Notes: generated by a model from the sequence alone, not told the origin. 64,000 bases of DNA from Promethearchaeota archaeon (GCA_048939995.1 JBHLOY010000004.1:1-64000), one strand, 5' to 3'. Counted from the stretch's first letter, positions 49,692-59,615 are shown. Program-made: numbers and translations.

Positions 49692-50423
49692 TTGATTCAA
49701 ATGGCAGATTTTCATACTAAAACATTCTATGGACAAAAATCAAGTATGACTCTTACTAGTCCTACAAAAATGGTACCCTACATCTTTTTAAGTTGCATTA
49801 ATAGAAAAAGTGATGGAACATGGGAAAGTTCAAGCAAAGGAGAAGGAAAAACAGTCAAAATCTCCATTGAAGAAATTATATGTATATTAGAAGTGCTTAA
49901 TAGGAGAAGCGCAAACTGGAGAGGCTACCATGTCTTTAAGGATCGCCAAACTGAAATTTATGTTGGTTGGGAAGATGAGACTCGTCAAATATTGACAATT
50001 AAGGTTGGTCATTATACTAAAAAGTTACGATTTCCAAATTTAAATTTAATGACATTGCTTTTAGAGCATTTATTATCAGAAAAAATTGAATTTGCCACAA
50101 GTGGGACATTCGAATCCAAAGAAAAAGAAGAAAAAATTGATGCAGAATCTGAATATAGCTTATTTTCGGAACATATTACCGCGAGAGATGGCCTACAAGT
50201 TGTCGAAACAACAGAATACGGAGTTTCCGTTGAGACTGTAGAAGTTAACGCAAAATTGAAGGTAGAAAGTCCAAAAGCTCTTTTAATTACTTTTGAAACT
50301 GGAGAAGAATTTTGGATTCCTAAATCAACAATTCATTCTGATTATGATGTCGAAAGTAAAGAAAAGTATCAAACTTTCATTGTAGATAAATGGATTATTG
50401 AGAAAAACAAGATAATAAAATGA
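49692..50423 (+). CDS. Two-domain hypothetical protein (Whirly/PC4-like N-terminus, small beta C-terminal domain)
   Basis: IFL...W...KISIEEI...YH pattern; ESPKALL...FWIPKS...KW tail. Confidence 0.6.
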   Translation: MIQMADFHTKTFYGQKSSMTLTSPTKMVPYIFLSCINRKSDGTWESSSKGEGKTVKISIEEIICILEVLNRRSANWRGYHVFKDRQTEIYVGWEDETRQILTIKVGHYTKKLRFPNLNLMTLLLEHLLSEKIEFATSGTFESKEKEEKIDAESEYSLFSEHITARDGLQVVETTEYGVSVETVEVNAKLKVESPKALLITFETGEEFWIPKSTIHSDYDVESKEKYQTFIVDKWIIEKNKIIK

Positions 50424-50543
50424 TCTTAAAAGTGCAGAGAATTGTTTAATAATAATAGCTTATTAAATCTTATTTATCGTCTTAATGCGATTTATTGAGA
50501 AACTAACATATTCTAATTTTAAAATTTTAAGTTTTGTTATTAA

Positions 50544-51149
50544 ATGAGTGAATTGAAAAGACTAAGTAGGAATTTTTTTAACAGGCCTACAAAAGAAGTT
50601 GCTAAAGAATTAATAGGTAAATATATTGTGAGAAAGACAAAAAAAGGAACTATTGTAGGAAAGATTATTGAAGTGGAGGCTTATATCGGTCCTAGTGATA
50701 AAGCCTGTCATAGTTATAATTATAAAAGAACAGAAAGAACTGAAGTAATGTATATGAAACCAGGAACTTTATATGTTTACTTTATATATGGGATGTATTA
50801 TTGCTTAAATATAGTTACTGAACCAGAAGGTATACCTTGTGCTGTTTTGATAAGAAAACTATATCCAATTGAAGGGATTGAAATAATGAAAGAAAATAGA
50901 GGGATAAAGGTAAGCAAAAATTATCAAAATTTAGTTGATGGTCCAGGTAAGTTATGCATAGCTTTAAATATTACAAAAAAAAAATTCAACGGCTTGGATG
51001 CATGTTCGCCAAGATCTATCCTATTTTTTAACAATGGGGAGTTAGTTAATCCAAGAAATATTATTCTTGGGAAGAGAATTGGAATCGATTATGCTCAAGA
51101 GGATAAAGATAAGCTCTTAAGATATACCCTGAAAGAAGAGCTAAGATAA
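50544..51149 (+). CDS. mpg: 3-methyladenine DNA glycosylase (AAG/MPG)
   Basis: IIEVEAY, YVYFIYGMYYCLNIV, AVLIR, GPGKLC, RIGI. Confidence 0.95.
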   Translation: MSELKRLSRNFFNRPTKEVAKELIGKYIVRKTKKGTIVGKIIEVEAYIGPSDKACHSYNYKRTERTEVMYMKPGTLYVYFIYGMYYCLNIVTEPEGIPCAVLIRKLYPIEGIEIMKENRGIKVSKNYQNLVDGPGKLCIALNITKKKFNGLDACSPRSILFFNNGELVNPRNIILGKRIGIDYAQEDKDKLLRYTLKEELR

Positions 51150-51305
51150 CTTTTTAATAAACTGACCTAGTTCATTTTAATTGAATTAGCTTCTTTCAAG
51201 CTTAATTATTTAAGAAAAACAAATAAATTTAAATAAGAATAATTTGACTTTTCATGTAAGTTTAAGGATAAGATTAACTTCTCAGAAATTAGCGGGATAT
51301 TAATT

Positions 51306-51752
51306 ATGGTAAAAGATGCGCTTAAATTTTTCCATGCATATATTAATGAAATGATCGATCTTGGTGGAGAAAATCTTCCTAGAGCTGTTTCTACCAAATT
51401 AGGTTCCAAACTAGCCGATATAATTAAAGCAAAAGGATATATAGGTTTAGAGCCAGCTTTGAAACAAATCTATAAAGTTTTAGGGGCAAAAACTTCAATA
51501 AAGAAGATTGATGACCATTCATATGATATAGTTCTTAGATATTCTAAGAGATTCTGCCCAATTGGTGGAAAAAGAAATCCAAAACAAGCAAAAATTATTC
51601 AAAATAATCTTTGTATTCCATACACTAGAAGTTTTTTGAGTTCACTTCTTCCAAATTTCCTTTTTGAAGCTCATATTAAAGAGTGCATTCTTGATGAACA
51701 TAGTAATAGACATTGTAACTATCTTTTAGAAACAAAATTAAAAAATGAATAG
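51306..51752 (+). CDS. V4R / methanogen-output-domain-like protein
   Basis: LG..LA helix, CPIG, LCIPY, C...C. Confidence 0.55.
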   Translation: MVKDALKFFHAYINEMIDLGGENLPRAVSTKLGSKLADIIKAKGYIGLEPALKQIYKVLGAKTSIKKIDDHSYDIVLRYSKRFCPIGGKRNPKQAKIIQNNLCIPYTRSFLSSLLPNFLFEAHIKECILDEHSNRHCNYLLETKLKNE

Positions 51753-51792
51753 AAATCATTAATCTTTTATTTCTTGCTTTTTTATTCTAAAT

Positions 51793-52095
51793 GGGCAACT
51801 GGGGCATGCCTGAAGTCTCATGCTAGACGGACCGCAAAACGCTCCTAGCGGACATTGCCCGATTTAAGGTTCCATGAGTTTTTATTAGCCTGTATTGTAT
51901 TCCGGAGAAACTCTCCCCATGATGGCGGGTAACTAGGTGGTATCTTTTGTAGGAAAGGTATAAGCCTGCAATAACAAACCCGGCCAGGCCAGGGATGGAG
52001 CAGCCGTAAGTTGAGTTGTTCGCGCTTTATGGTAAGGGAGCGGAGGGATATGATATTTATGGTCCTAATAATTTGATTGGAGAGCAAGAATCGGG
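51793..52095 (+). ncRNA. ffs: Signal recognition particle (SRP/7S) RNA
   Basis: GC-rich ~300-nt island. Helix 8 CGGCCAGGCCA-GGGA-TGGAGCAGCCG; helix 6 with GTAG (GNAR) loop; CCCGATTT/GAATCGGG helix 5; Alu-like 5' domain. Confidence 0.9.
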
Positions 52096-52103
52096 TTTTA
52101 AAT

Positions 52104-52274
52104 TCAAATCTTTTCTGCTTTTATCAAATCTTTTGTTAATTTTCTTTTAAGTATAGCAATGAATTCACTAGTATCAGGAAACACATAAGTAATACTATCG
52201 TCATCATCATCGTCTATCGATACGTCTTTAAAAAATCTACCTTTTACTTTTACATTCATATCATTTACAATCAT
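52104..52274 (-). CDS. Small hypothetical protein with poly-Asp run
   Basis: MIVNDMNVKVKGRFFKDVSIDDDDDDSITYVFPDTSEFIAILKRKLTKDLIKAEKI*; fills the gap after the SRP RNA. Confidence 0.45.
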   Translation of the reverse strand: MIVNDMNVKVKGRFFKDVSIDDDDDDSITYVFPDTSEFIAILKRKLTKDLIKAEKI

Positions 52275-52395
52275 AGATCATAAGAAAAGGACCTCACTAC
52301 AAAAAATTGCATGATATGCTTATAATATAATAATAAAATTGAAATGAAGAAGATTCTAGAATTTAGTATTAACTAAAAAATTTAAGTAATAAAAA

Positions 52396-53499
52396 ATGTC
52401 TGAGGAAATAGTATACCTTAATCCTGAAACTCTTGAAAATTTCATGAGAGATGTCTTTATTGGGCTTGGTGTGCCCAAAGAGGATGCTAAAATAATCGCA
52501 GAAGTATTAATTACTTCTGACTTGCGCGGGATTGAGTCTCATGGAATTCAAAGATGTAAAATGTATTATGATCGAATAAAACAAGGAATATATGAGGTAA
52601 ATACTAAAATAGATATAATCAAAGATGGTCCAACAACTGCTTTATGGGATGGAAATAATGGGATGGGTCATGTAATCGCTTATAAAGCAATGAAGACGGC
52701 AATTACAAAGGCGAAGGAATATGGTTTGGGTGCTGTTGCTGTTAAGAATTCTAGCCACTTTGGCATAGCAGGGTTCTATAGCTTAATGGCTATTAAAGAG
52801 GGAATGATTGGATTAGCTGTAACTAATGCAAGACCATCAATTCCTCCTACATTTGGAGTAGAACCGATGTTAGGCACCAACCCCTTAACAGTGGGAGCTC
52901 CAACTGATGAGAATTTTCCATTTTTAATTGACTGTGCTACTTCTATAATACAGCGTGGAAAAGTTGAAGTTTATGCTAGAATTAATAAACCACTCCCAGA
53001 AAACACTGTAATAAATGATGAAGGAGAAATTATGACAGACCCAAATGAAGTATTAGAAGGAATGCTTCATAAGAAAGCCGCTTTATTACCTTTAGGTGGA
53101 AAGGGTGAAGAAACTGCAGGATATAAGGGATATGGATATGCAACTTTAGTGGAGTTACTATCAGCTGCATTACAAGAAGGAATTTTTCTAAGAGATACTT
53201 TAGGTATCGAAGTTGAGGGACAAAAGAGATTAAAAGTTGGTCATTTTTTTTTAGCAATTAATATATATAATTTTGCAGGTTTAGATTCCTTTAAAAAGAC
53301 GGCAGGTAAGATTATGCGAGACTTAAGGAGTGCTAAAAAAGATCCGGAAGCTAAAAGGATTTATACAGCGGGGGAAAAGGAATATAACAAAGAAATAGAA
53401 AGGAGAAAGACTGGAATACCTTTAAATAAAAGTCTTCAAGACGATATCAAAATCATGCAACAAGAGCAAGCTTTATACCAATATAAGTTTCCATTCTAA
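52396..53499 (+). CDS. Ldh_2 family (type 2 malate/L-lactate) oxidoreductase
   Basis: DLRGIESHG, NSSHFG, GTNP, DCATS, YKGYG. Confidence 0.93.
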   Translation: MSEEIVYLNPETLENFMRDVFIGLGVPKEDAKIIAEVLITSDLRGIESHGIQRCKMYYDRIKQGIYEVNTKIDIIKDGPTTALWDGNNGMGHVIAYKAMKTAITKAKEYGLGAVAVKNSSHFGIAGFYSLMAIKEGMIGLAVTNARPSIPPTFGVEPMLGTNPLTVGAPTDENFPFLIDCATSIIQRGKVEVYARINKPLPENTVINDEGEIMTDPNEVLEGMLHKKAALLPLGGKGEETAGYKGYGYATLVELLSAALQEGIFLRDTLGIEVEGQKRLKVGHFFLAINIYNFAGLDSFKKTAGKIMRDLRSAKKDPEAKRIYTAGEKEYNKEIERRKTGIPLNKSLQDDIKIMQQEQALYQYKFPF

Positions 53500-53514
53500 T
53501 TTCTTTTATTCCCT

Positions 53515-54615
53515 TTATTTTACTTTCTTTTTCTCCTGCCATATATTTTCAATTAAATCTTCAACATTTAGAGGGGGAATATTTTGTTGCTCCTTCTTAC
53601 GTAAAGTGATAGCATCTGAAAGACATTCTAAAGTGCAGTTACCACACCCTATACATCTTTTTAGTTCTATTGATGAAATATTATTGACAAGAGTTATCGC
53701 ATCCATTTGACATCGATTTATGCAATTTCCACATCCAGTACATAAATCTTCATCAATTTCAGCATAATAGTTGCTAGTAGCGAAATCTGCTGGATTAGGA
53801 AGTTTTTTAAGACCTGCTATACCCCCACAACAGCAATAACAACAACTGCATACAAAATCCATGCGTTGGGAATTACCAGGTTGAAATATCAACCCCTCTT
53901 GTTCATTTTTTATCAAGAATTCAAGTGCTTCATCTTTATTAATTTCTCTATCCCAACCTTGTTCAATATACATCCGAGCTAAATCACCAAATCCCATACA
54001 CACTTCTCTACGTTGGGTCATTTGACATGGTTCATTTAGAAGATCTTGTTTTTGACGACACACACAGTTGATTATAACAAAAGGACCCTGTTCTTTTTCG
54101 AATAAGTTTTTTATATCATCAAATTTTGCAATCTTCTTTCCGAGATTTACATCTACTCCTATTGGTATTATACGCATTTGAGGAGTTTCTATCTTACTAT
54201 TTTCTGGACCCCATGCTTCTTGCAAATATTGATTTAAATCTTCAATAAATCCTTTAGTTAATTTATTGACTTGAAATTCATAAATGCCTAAAATCAAAAG
54301 AGCATTAGCATAAGATTTCACACCATCTTTAGTAACACCCATGATAGCACCTTTTCTTGCCATATTATCTAATAATTTCTCTATATCTTCAATAGAATGT
54401 TTCACACGTTCATATATGCTGTCTAAAGATTCAAAATCTCTTGCTGAACCAAAATGCCCAAACTTTAGTAAAGAAGCAACTTCTGCCTCTTCAGGTGTAA
54501 ATAAGCGTTTTAATAAACGAATTTCCACGCTTGATTCAGTAGCTGGAAATCCTATTGGAAATTGATCAAAATGCTTCTGTAATCGTCTAAACACATCTTC
54601 AGTCATTTTTATCAC
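53515..54615 (-). CDS. 4Fe-4S dicluster protein, paralog of 17692..18828
   Basis: VEIRLLKRLFT, CVCR, CSCCYCCC, two ferredoxin motifs. Confidence 0.88.
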   Translation of the reverse strand: MIKMTEDVFRRLQKHFDQFPIGFPATESSVEIRLLKRLFTPEEAEVASLLKFGHFGSARDFESLDSIYERVKHSIEDIEKLLDNMARKGAIMGVTKDGVKSYANALLILGIYEFQVNKLTKGFIEDLNQYLQEAWGPENSKIETPQMRIIPIGVDVNLGKKIAKFDDIKNLFEKEQGPFVIINCVCRQKQDLLNEPCQMTQRREVCMGFGDLARMYIEQGWDREINKDEALEFLIKNEQEGLIFQPGNSQRMDFVCSCCYCCCGGIAGLKKLPNPADFATSNYYAEIDEDLCTGCGNCINRCQMDAITLVNNISSIELKRCIGCGNCTLECLSDAITLRKKEQQNIPPLNVEDLIENIWQEKKKVK

Positions 54616-54749
54616 AATTTTATTATTTTTTTAAGATCAAAAAGTATTTTAAACTTGTCTAATCCTAATTCTCACCTTATCTTAAATAGGATTTTAATTA
54701 AATAGAAAGAATATAAAATAAATATCATCACCAAATTTTTGATGATCAG

Positions 54750-55892
54750 ATGTATACTACTGACGCCAGTGAAAACGATTCGAAAATTGACTTTGATGGT
54801 ACAGTCTATATAAATCACAAATTATTGAAACATTTCATCAGAGATGTATTTTTTAAGTTAGGAGCTCCTAAAAAACATGCTGAAATTGTATCTGATGTTT
54901 TAATCGCTTCTGATCTACGAGGTATTGAGTCTCATGGTATTCAGAGATTAAGGACTTATTATGAGAGGATTAAACAGGGCATTTATAAAACAAAAACCAA
55001 AATAAAATTAATTAAAAACACTCCAACCACAGCAGTTATTGATGGAGGATTTGGATTAGGACCAGTAATTGCATACAAATCAATGAAAATAGCAATAAAA
55101 AAAGCTAAAAAGTATGGTCTAGGGGCTGTTGCCGTACGTAACTCTAGTCACTTCGGGATTGCTGGATACTATTCCCTTATGGCAATAAAAGAAGGGATGA
55201 TTGGAATTACAACGACAAATACCAGACCAATGGTTCCTCCAACGTTTGGAGTCGAACCCTTATTAGGTACAAATCCTCTAACTATGGGTGCTCCAACTGA
55301 TGAAAAAATCCCTTTTGTGATTGATTGTGCTACTTCAATCATACAAAGAGGAAAGGTTGAGGTATATAATAGACTACATAAATCACTTCCAACTGGATTG
55401 ATAATTACTAAAAATGGGCGAATTGAGGATAATCCGGAAGAAGTTCTGCATGATTTAGATGAAGCTTCAGCAGCCTTATTACCATTGGGAGGAAAGGGAG
55501 AAAGTACTTCTGGACATAAAGGATACGGCTATGCCACATTTGTTGAAATTCTCTCATCTGCATTACAAGAGGGCAACTTTTTAAAAGAAAATGCTGGAAT
55601 TTATAAAGATAACCAAAAAAGATTGCCAGTAGGACACTTCTTTTTAGCAATTAATATTGAGAATTTTATGGGGTTAAACTCTTTTAATAAAACAACTGGT
55701 GATATTATGAGGACTTTAAGAAATTCCAAAAAAGAACCTGGAGCCGATAAAATTTATACTGCTGGTGAAAAAGAATATAATAATGAAGTTAGGATAACAA
55801 AGACTGGAATCTCACTGAATAAAAGCCTTCAGGAGGATGTTAAATATATAAAGAACGAATTAGGATTAGAAAAATATGAGTTTAATTTTTAA
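54750..55892 (+). CDS. Ldh_2 family oxidoreductase (second paralog)
   Basis: Same motifs as 52396..53499 (HKGYG variant). Confidence 0.93.
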   Translation: MYTTDASENDSKIDFDGTVYINHKLLKHFIRDVFFKLGAPKKHAEIVSDVLIASDLRGIESHGIQRLRTYYERIKQGIYKTKTKIKLIKNTPTTAVIDGGFGLGPVIAYKSMKIAIKKAKKYGLGAVAVRNSSHFGIAGYYSLMAIKEGMIGITTTNTRPMVPPTFGVEPLLGTNPLTMGAPTDEKIPFVIDCATSIIQRGKVEVYNRLHKSLPTGLIITKNGRIEDNPEEVLHDLDEASAALLPLGGKGESTSGHKGYGYATFVEILSSALQEGNFLKENAGIYKDNQKRLPVGHFFLAINIENFMGLNSFNKTTGDIMRTLRNSKKEPGADKIYTAGEKEYNNEVRITKTGISLNKSLQEDVKYIKNELGLEKYEFNF

Positions 55893-57328
55893 AATATAAT
55901 TCCGTCTTTACGACCTTTTAAAGGCTCTGAATGAAAAACAATTTCATTCAAATTTTTAATTTTAATGGTTTTAATAACCTTTTTCTCTAGTTTAGTAATA
56001 ATTTTATGAACCATAGAAATATTTAAATTTCCATCAAAAAAAATATGCAACTCGAGAATGCAAAAATCTGGGGTTGACCACAATTCAAATCCGTGATAAC
56101 CCTTAACTTCTGGTTGAGTCTTTAAAATTGCCTCAATTTTCTCTTGAATAACTTGTAATTCGTCTTGACTAAATCTTTTACATACCAATTGTTTGGTGGA
56201 TAAGCCAGCTAATTCCCTTGATTCAATATGCGTAATTACTCGAGAAATAAGAGGTTCTTCTCTTTTCAATTCCTTTTCAAAATTATTACAAATTTCATGG
56301 GCAGCATTAAGAGATAAATCCTGATTGATTACAATGGTTATTGAAAGGAAATATACGTCTTCGATGCTAAAAACGTTTAAATCTTTAAATTCGAGAATTT
56401 CATGAAATTCACTTTTCATTGAAGGAAGTAAATTAATAATCTTTTCACCCATTGATATTTCCCCTCCAAGTGGATTCATTTCTATAATACTTTCAACCTT
56501 ATAAGGAGGAAAATAGGACTTACACATTGAACTTATTGCTTTAGTAATTTCATTAGCATGGACTATCGAAATATGATCTTCAACAGAAAGCCGAACATCG
56601 ATAAAAAGCTGATTCCCACTAGCACGTACCTTTAAATCCTCAACAGCATTAACGTGTTCTAGCTTAAATATTTTCTCTCTTATTTCTTCTATAATGTGAG
56701 AGCTAACAGGGTTAACATCAGCAAGATCTATTATTCCCTTTCTTAAGAGTATGATTGCACTCAAAATAATCCATATTGATAGTACTATACTAAAAACAGG
56801 ATCTAGGAATGTAATATTCAAAAATAATACTAAGATAAAACTTATGATTACTATTATAGCTCTTAAGGAATCTTGAAATAAATTTAATCCTTGTACTTGC
56901 AGAGATAGGCTCTTTCTTTTCCTTCCTTGCCAGATTAAAATTCTAGAATAAACAATGTTAATTAAAAAGGAAATAACAAGAATTTGGAAACCAAAACCTG
57001 GATTGTTGACGCTATAAGATTGTTCTATAATTACTTGAATTGCATTAATTATTAAAAAAAAATATGTTGTTATGAGGAAGACCCCTTGGATCATTGCCCC
57101 AATTGAATCCAACTTAGAGTGTCCATACATGTGTTCATAATCTGGTGGACGTTGACTAAAATAAATAGAAAAAATCGTCAAAAAGACAAAAAAGATATCA
57201 GATAAGGTATCTACAGTTTCGGATAAAAAGCTCAAACTCCCAGTAATTATTACACCTAATATCTTCAAGCTAGATTGGAGTAAAATAATTAAGAAAGCAC
57301 TTATTCCAAATTTTAGTTTTATATCCAT
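55889..57328 (-). CDS. Cation diffusion facilitator with three C-terminal dimerisation domains
   Basis: TGSLS..SE..D, PPD.EH.YGH.K; three '(L/I)S...H.I' repeats ending EMNP, HIE and HSEP. Confidence 0.9.
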   Translation of the reverse strand: MDIKLKFGISAFLIILLQSSLKILGVIITGSLSFLSETVDTLSDIFFVFLTIFSIYFSQRPPDYEHMYGHSKLDSIGAMIQGVFLITTYFFLIINAIQVIIEQSYSVNNPGFGFQILVISFLINIVYSRILIWQGRKRKSLSLQVQGLNLFQDSLRAIIVIISFILVLFLNITFLDPVFSIVLSIWIILSAIILLRKGIIDLADVNPVSSHIIEEIREKIFKLEHVNAVEDLKVRASGNQLFIDVRLSVEDHISIVHANEITKAISSMCKSYFPPYKVESIIEMNPLGGEISMGEKIINLLPSMKSEFHEILEFKDLNVFSIEDVYFLSITIVINQDLSLNAAHEICNNFEKELKREEPLISRVITHIESRELAGLSTKQLVCKRFSQDELQVIQEKIEAILKTQPEVKGYHGFELWSTPDFCILELHIFFDGNLNISMVHKIITKLEKKVIKTIKIKNLNEIVFHSEPLKGRKDGIIF

Positions 57329-57572
57329 TGTTGAAATGACTTTCTTTAGGTTGGAAGATTAAAACTATTGAATTAAGTATTTAAAATAAATTTTACTTAA
57401 TAAATGAAAAGATTAGGGTGGTCATAGATTAAATTTTACCTTTACAATTGCCTTGGCACTACTATTTTGAGGCCAGAGATTGGATAAGGAGAACAAGGAT
57501 GGAAAAATTTGAACTTTTTATCTGCATTTCGCCTCCAATCTGATACTGGAACAATATAGATATTCCCCTTGA

Positions 57573-57677
57573 TTAGGAGGGATCGACAGAAACCGCATTC
57601 TCCTGGACTAATAAACCTCCATTACCTGCCCCAATTATCACCACATCATAACTATCATCAATAATTTGCTTGTTCAT
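57573..57677 (-). pseudogene. N-terminal fragment of an FAD-dependent oxidoreductase
   Basis: MNKQIIDDSYDVVIIGAGNGGLL (Rossmann GxGxxG), then unrelated sequence and a stop after 34 aa. Confidence 0.75.
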
Positions 57678-57755
57678 TCAGTCATCCCAATTCCTATTAA
57701 TTGATCTTAAAAGTAAAGCACATTATAATAAATTAATTCAAAACATAAAATAAGA

Positions 57756-58211
57756 TTGAAAATGGATACATTAGAAGAAATTGGGAGAAAATGGTTTGAA
57801 GTTGTATGGAGTAATCCTGATTTTGATTTAGCTGATGAAATTGTAGACTCAAAATATAATCCCAGTTGGATTCATATAGATAAAGTAGGGCCATCTCAAG
57901 TAAAGCATGAAATAAAATATTTTAGATCAATTTTTCCAGACTTAAATTATAAAATAGTTGAAATGGTTACTCAAAAAGATAAGGTTTGGGTTCGATATCA
58001 AGGTCATGGAACACACAAGGGAACTGGATGGGGCTTTAAACCTACTAATAAAAAAGTTCAATTTGAAGGGGCAACGATTTTATATGTAAACTCAGAAGGA
58101 AAAATATATGATCGATGGGGTGCATTTTGTTTTTACGATATTTTTGAAGAATTAGGTGTTATTCCCCCTTTTTATGAATTACATAAATACTTTGTAGATT
58201 ATAATCGATAA
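57756..58211 (+). CDS. SnoaL-like ester cyclase
   Basis: FPDL, DKVWVRY..HGTHKG, PTNKKV, GKI. Confidence 0.88.
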   Translation: MKMDTLEEIGRKWFEVVWSNPDFDLADEIVDSKYNPSWIHIDKVGPSQVKHEIKYFRSIFPDLNYKIVEMVTQKDKVWVRYQGHGTHKGTGWGFKPTNKKVQFEGATILYVNSEGKIYDRWGAFCFYDIFEELGVIPPFYELHKYFVDYNR

Positions 58212-58222
58212 AAATAACATCT

Positions 58223-59083
58223 TTATTTCTTAGCTGGCGAAGCATAGCAATAGTGGCAATTATGAATACAACGAAAAATTCCTGTATAACCGCCGATATC
58301 TTTTGATTTATAACATCCACAACTTTTCCTTTGGCCTGAATCCTTTATTTTTGGAGTGATCTCTCCTACAATTTTATCAATTTTATAAGCATCGATACAA
58401 TGTGCTTGTTCAATTCCGTTTATGTCAAGCAAATCTGGTTGACAGCATGCTAGCATTTTTACCTCATATTTATGACAGATATCTAATAATTCATGTAATA
58501 TTTGTATTTTCTTTTTAATTGGAGGATCGATTGGAATAAAACCTCTTGACATCATCCTATATTTTACTTTTGAATAGATTGTTGCAAAAGAAAAAATCAT
58601 TTCATCAAGCCCTATAGATGAAATACTTTTGATAATATATTCAAACTTATCTAGATTGTTTTTAAGAGGTTCTGACCCTTTTTTTTTATAAAATATTATT
58701 GGATCAAATCTAAAATTTACTGCTATCTTTCCAAAATTCTCTAACAGCCACTTTAATTGGTTAAATCTCTCTTCTAAAGAAATTTTAATATTACCTTCTA
58801 ATTCGGATGGTGAATTGATTGTAAATTGAAAAGAATGTCCTTTATATAACTTAAAAAGATGTAGGTATTTTTTGTATACTTTGATCCAACTATAGAAGTT
58901 TTTACTCCACCAAACCCAACACTTTACATGCTCTGGTTTCAAGGATACACGATATATTTGACTTCTATTGAAGGGATTTATAACATCAACATATCCAGCT
59001 TTTATTTTTCCAATGACCCAATCCATCAAAAATGCTGGAACATCTGTTCTTCTCGAGCAGGATATGATTGGTGACTTAACAAT
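58223..59083 (-). CDS. DUF1848 family protein; N-terminus extends to about 59083
   Basis: Upstream in-frame IISCSRRTDVPAF; WSKN, RFDPI, QRKSCGC..SKDIG, C.H.C.YCYA. Confidence 0.9.
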   Translation of the reverse strand: MVKSPIISCSRRTDVPAFLMDWVIGKIKAGYVDVINPFNRSQIYRVSLKPEHVKCWVWWSKNFYSWIKVYKKYLHLFKLYKGHSFQFTINSPSELEGNIKISLEERFNQLKWLLENFGKIAVNFRFDPIIFYKKKGSEPLKNNLDKFEYIIKSISSIGLDEMIFSFATIYSKVKYRMMSRGFIPIDPPIKKKIQILHELLDICHKYEVKMLACCQPDLLDINGIEQAHCIDAYKIDKIVGEITPKIKDSGQRKSCGCYKSKDIGGYTGIFRCIHNCHYCYASPAKK

Positions 59084-59156
59084 TTTGAGTTCATCTACTT
59101 GAGCCTTAACCTTCCGTCACTCTTTGCATAATTAATAATAATAATTCAAATGTTAT

Positions 59157-59489
59157 TTACCAACCTCCTAAACTAAAAAAAATAAATAATCCAATAATTG
59201 GTAAAAATGATACAAATAACAAGAAGAAGCCAAATCCAATTAGAATCTTAAAAATCGACTGCAATGCTTGAGGTTTTAATGTATGTCCTATTGATACCCC
59301 AATATAACTAAATATCATCCCAATAACAGCGAAAGGAGCAATATATAATAAGCCTTGGCCGTTAGGGGTATTATAATTAACAATAATAAACGTTATCCCG
59401 ATTACGTAAAGGCTAAATGCGATTATACACAAAATAAAGGTCCTTTTATATTGACTCAGTTTTGGGACTGAATCTTCTTTTTCAATCAT
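59157..59489 (-). CDS. Small three-TM membrane protein
   Basis: Three hydrophobic helices. Confidence 0.65.
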   Translation of the reverse strand: MIEKEDSVPKLSQYKRTFILCIIAFSLYVIGITFIIVNYNTPNGQGLLYIAPFAVIGMIFSYIGVSIGHTLKPQALQSIFKILIGFGFFLLFVSFLPIIGLFIFFSLGGW

Positions 59490-59615
59490 TAGCTATTAAA
59501 TAGGTCAAGGATATATTTAAAATTTTAATATTATAGTTTACTTTTGGATACTAATTATTAAATTTAGGTAGAAAATACATCTAAAGTTTAAAAGCAATTG
59601 AAATAGATGGCAAAT

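Noticed and set aside
51845-52087. 80-aa minus-strand ORF
   Set aside because: Lies antisense to the SRP RNA; a by-product of high GC.
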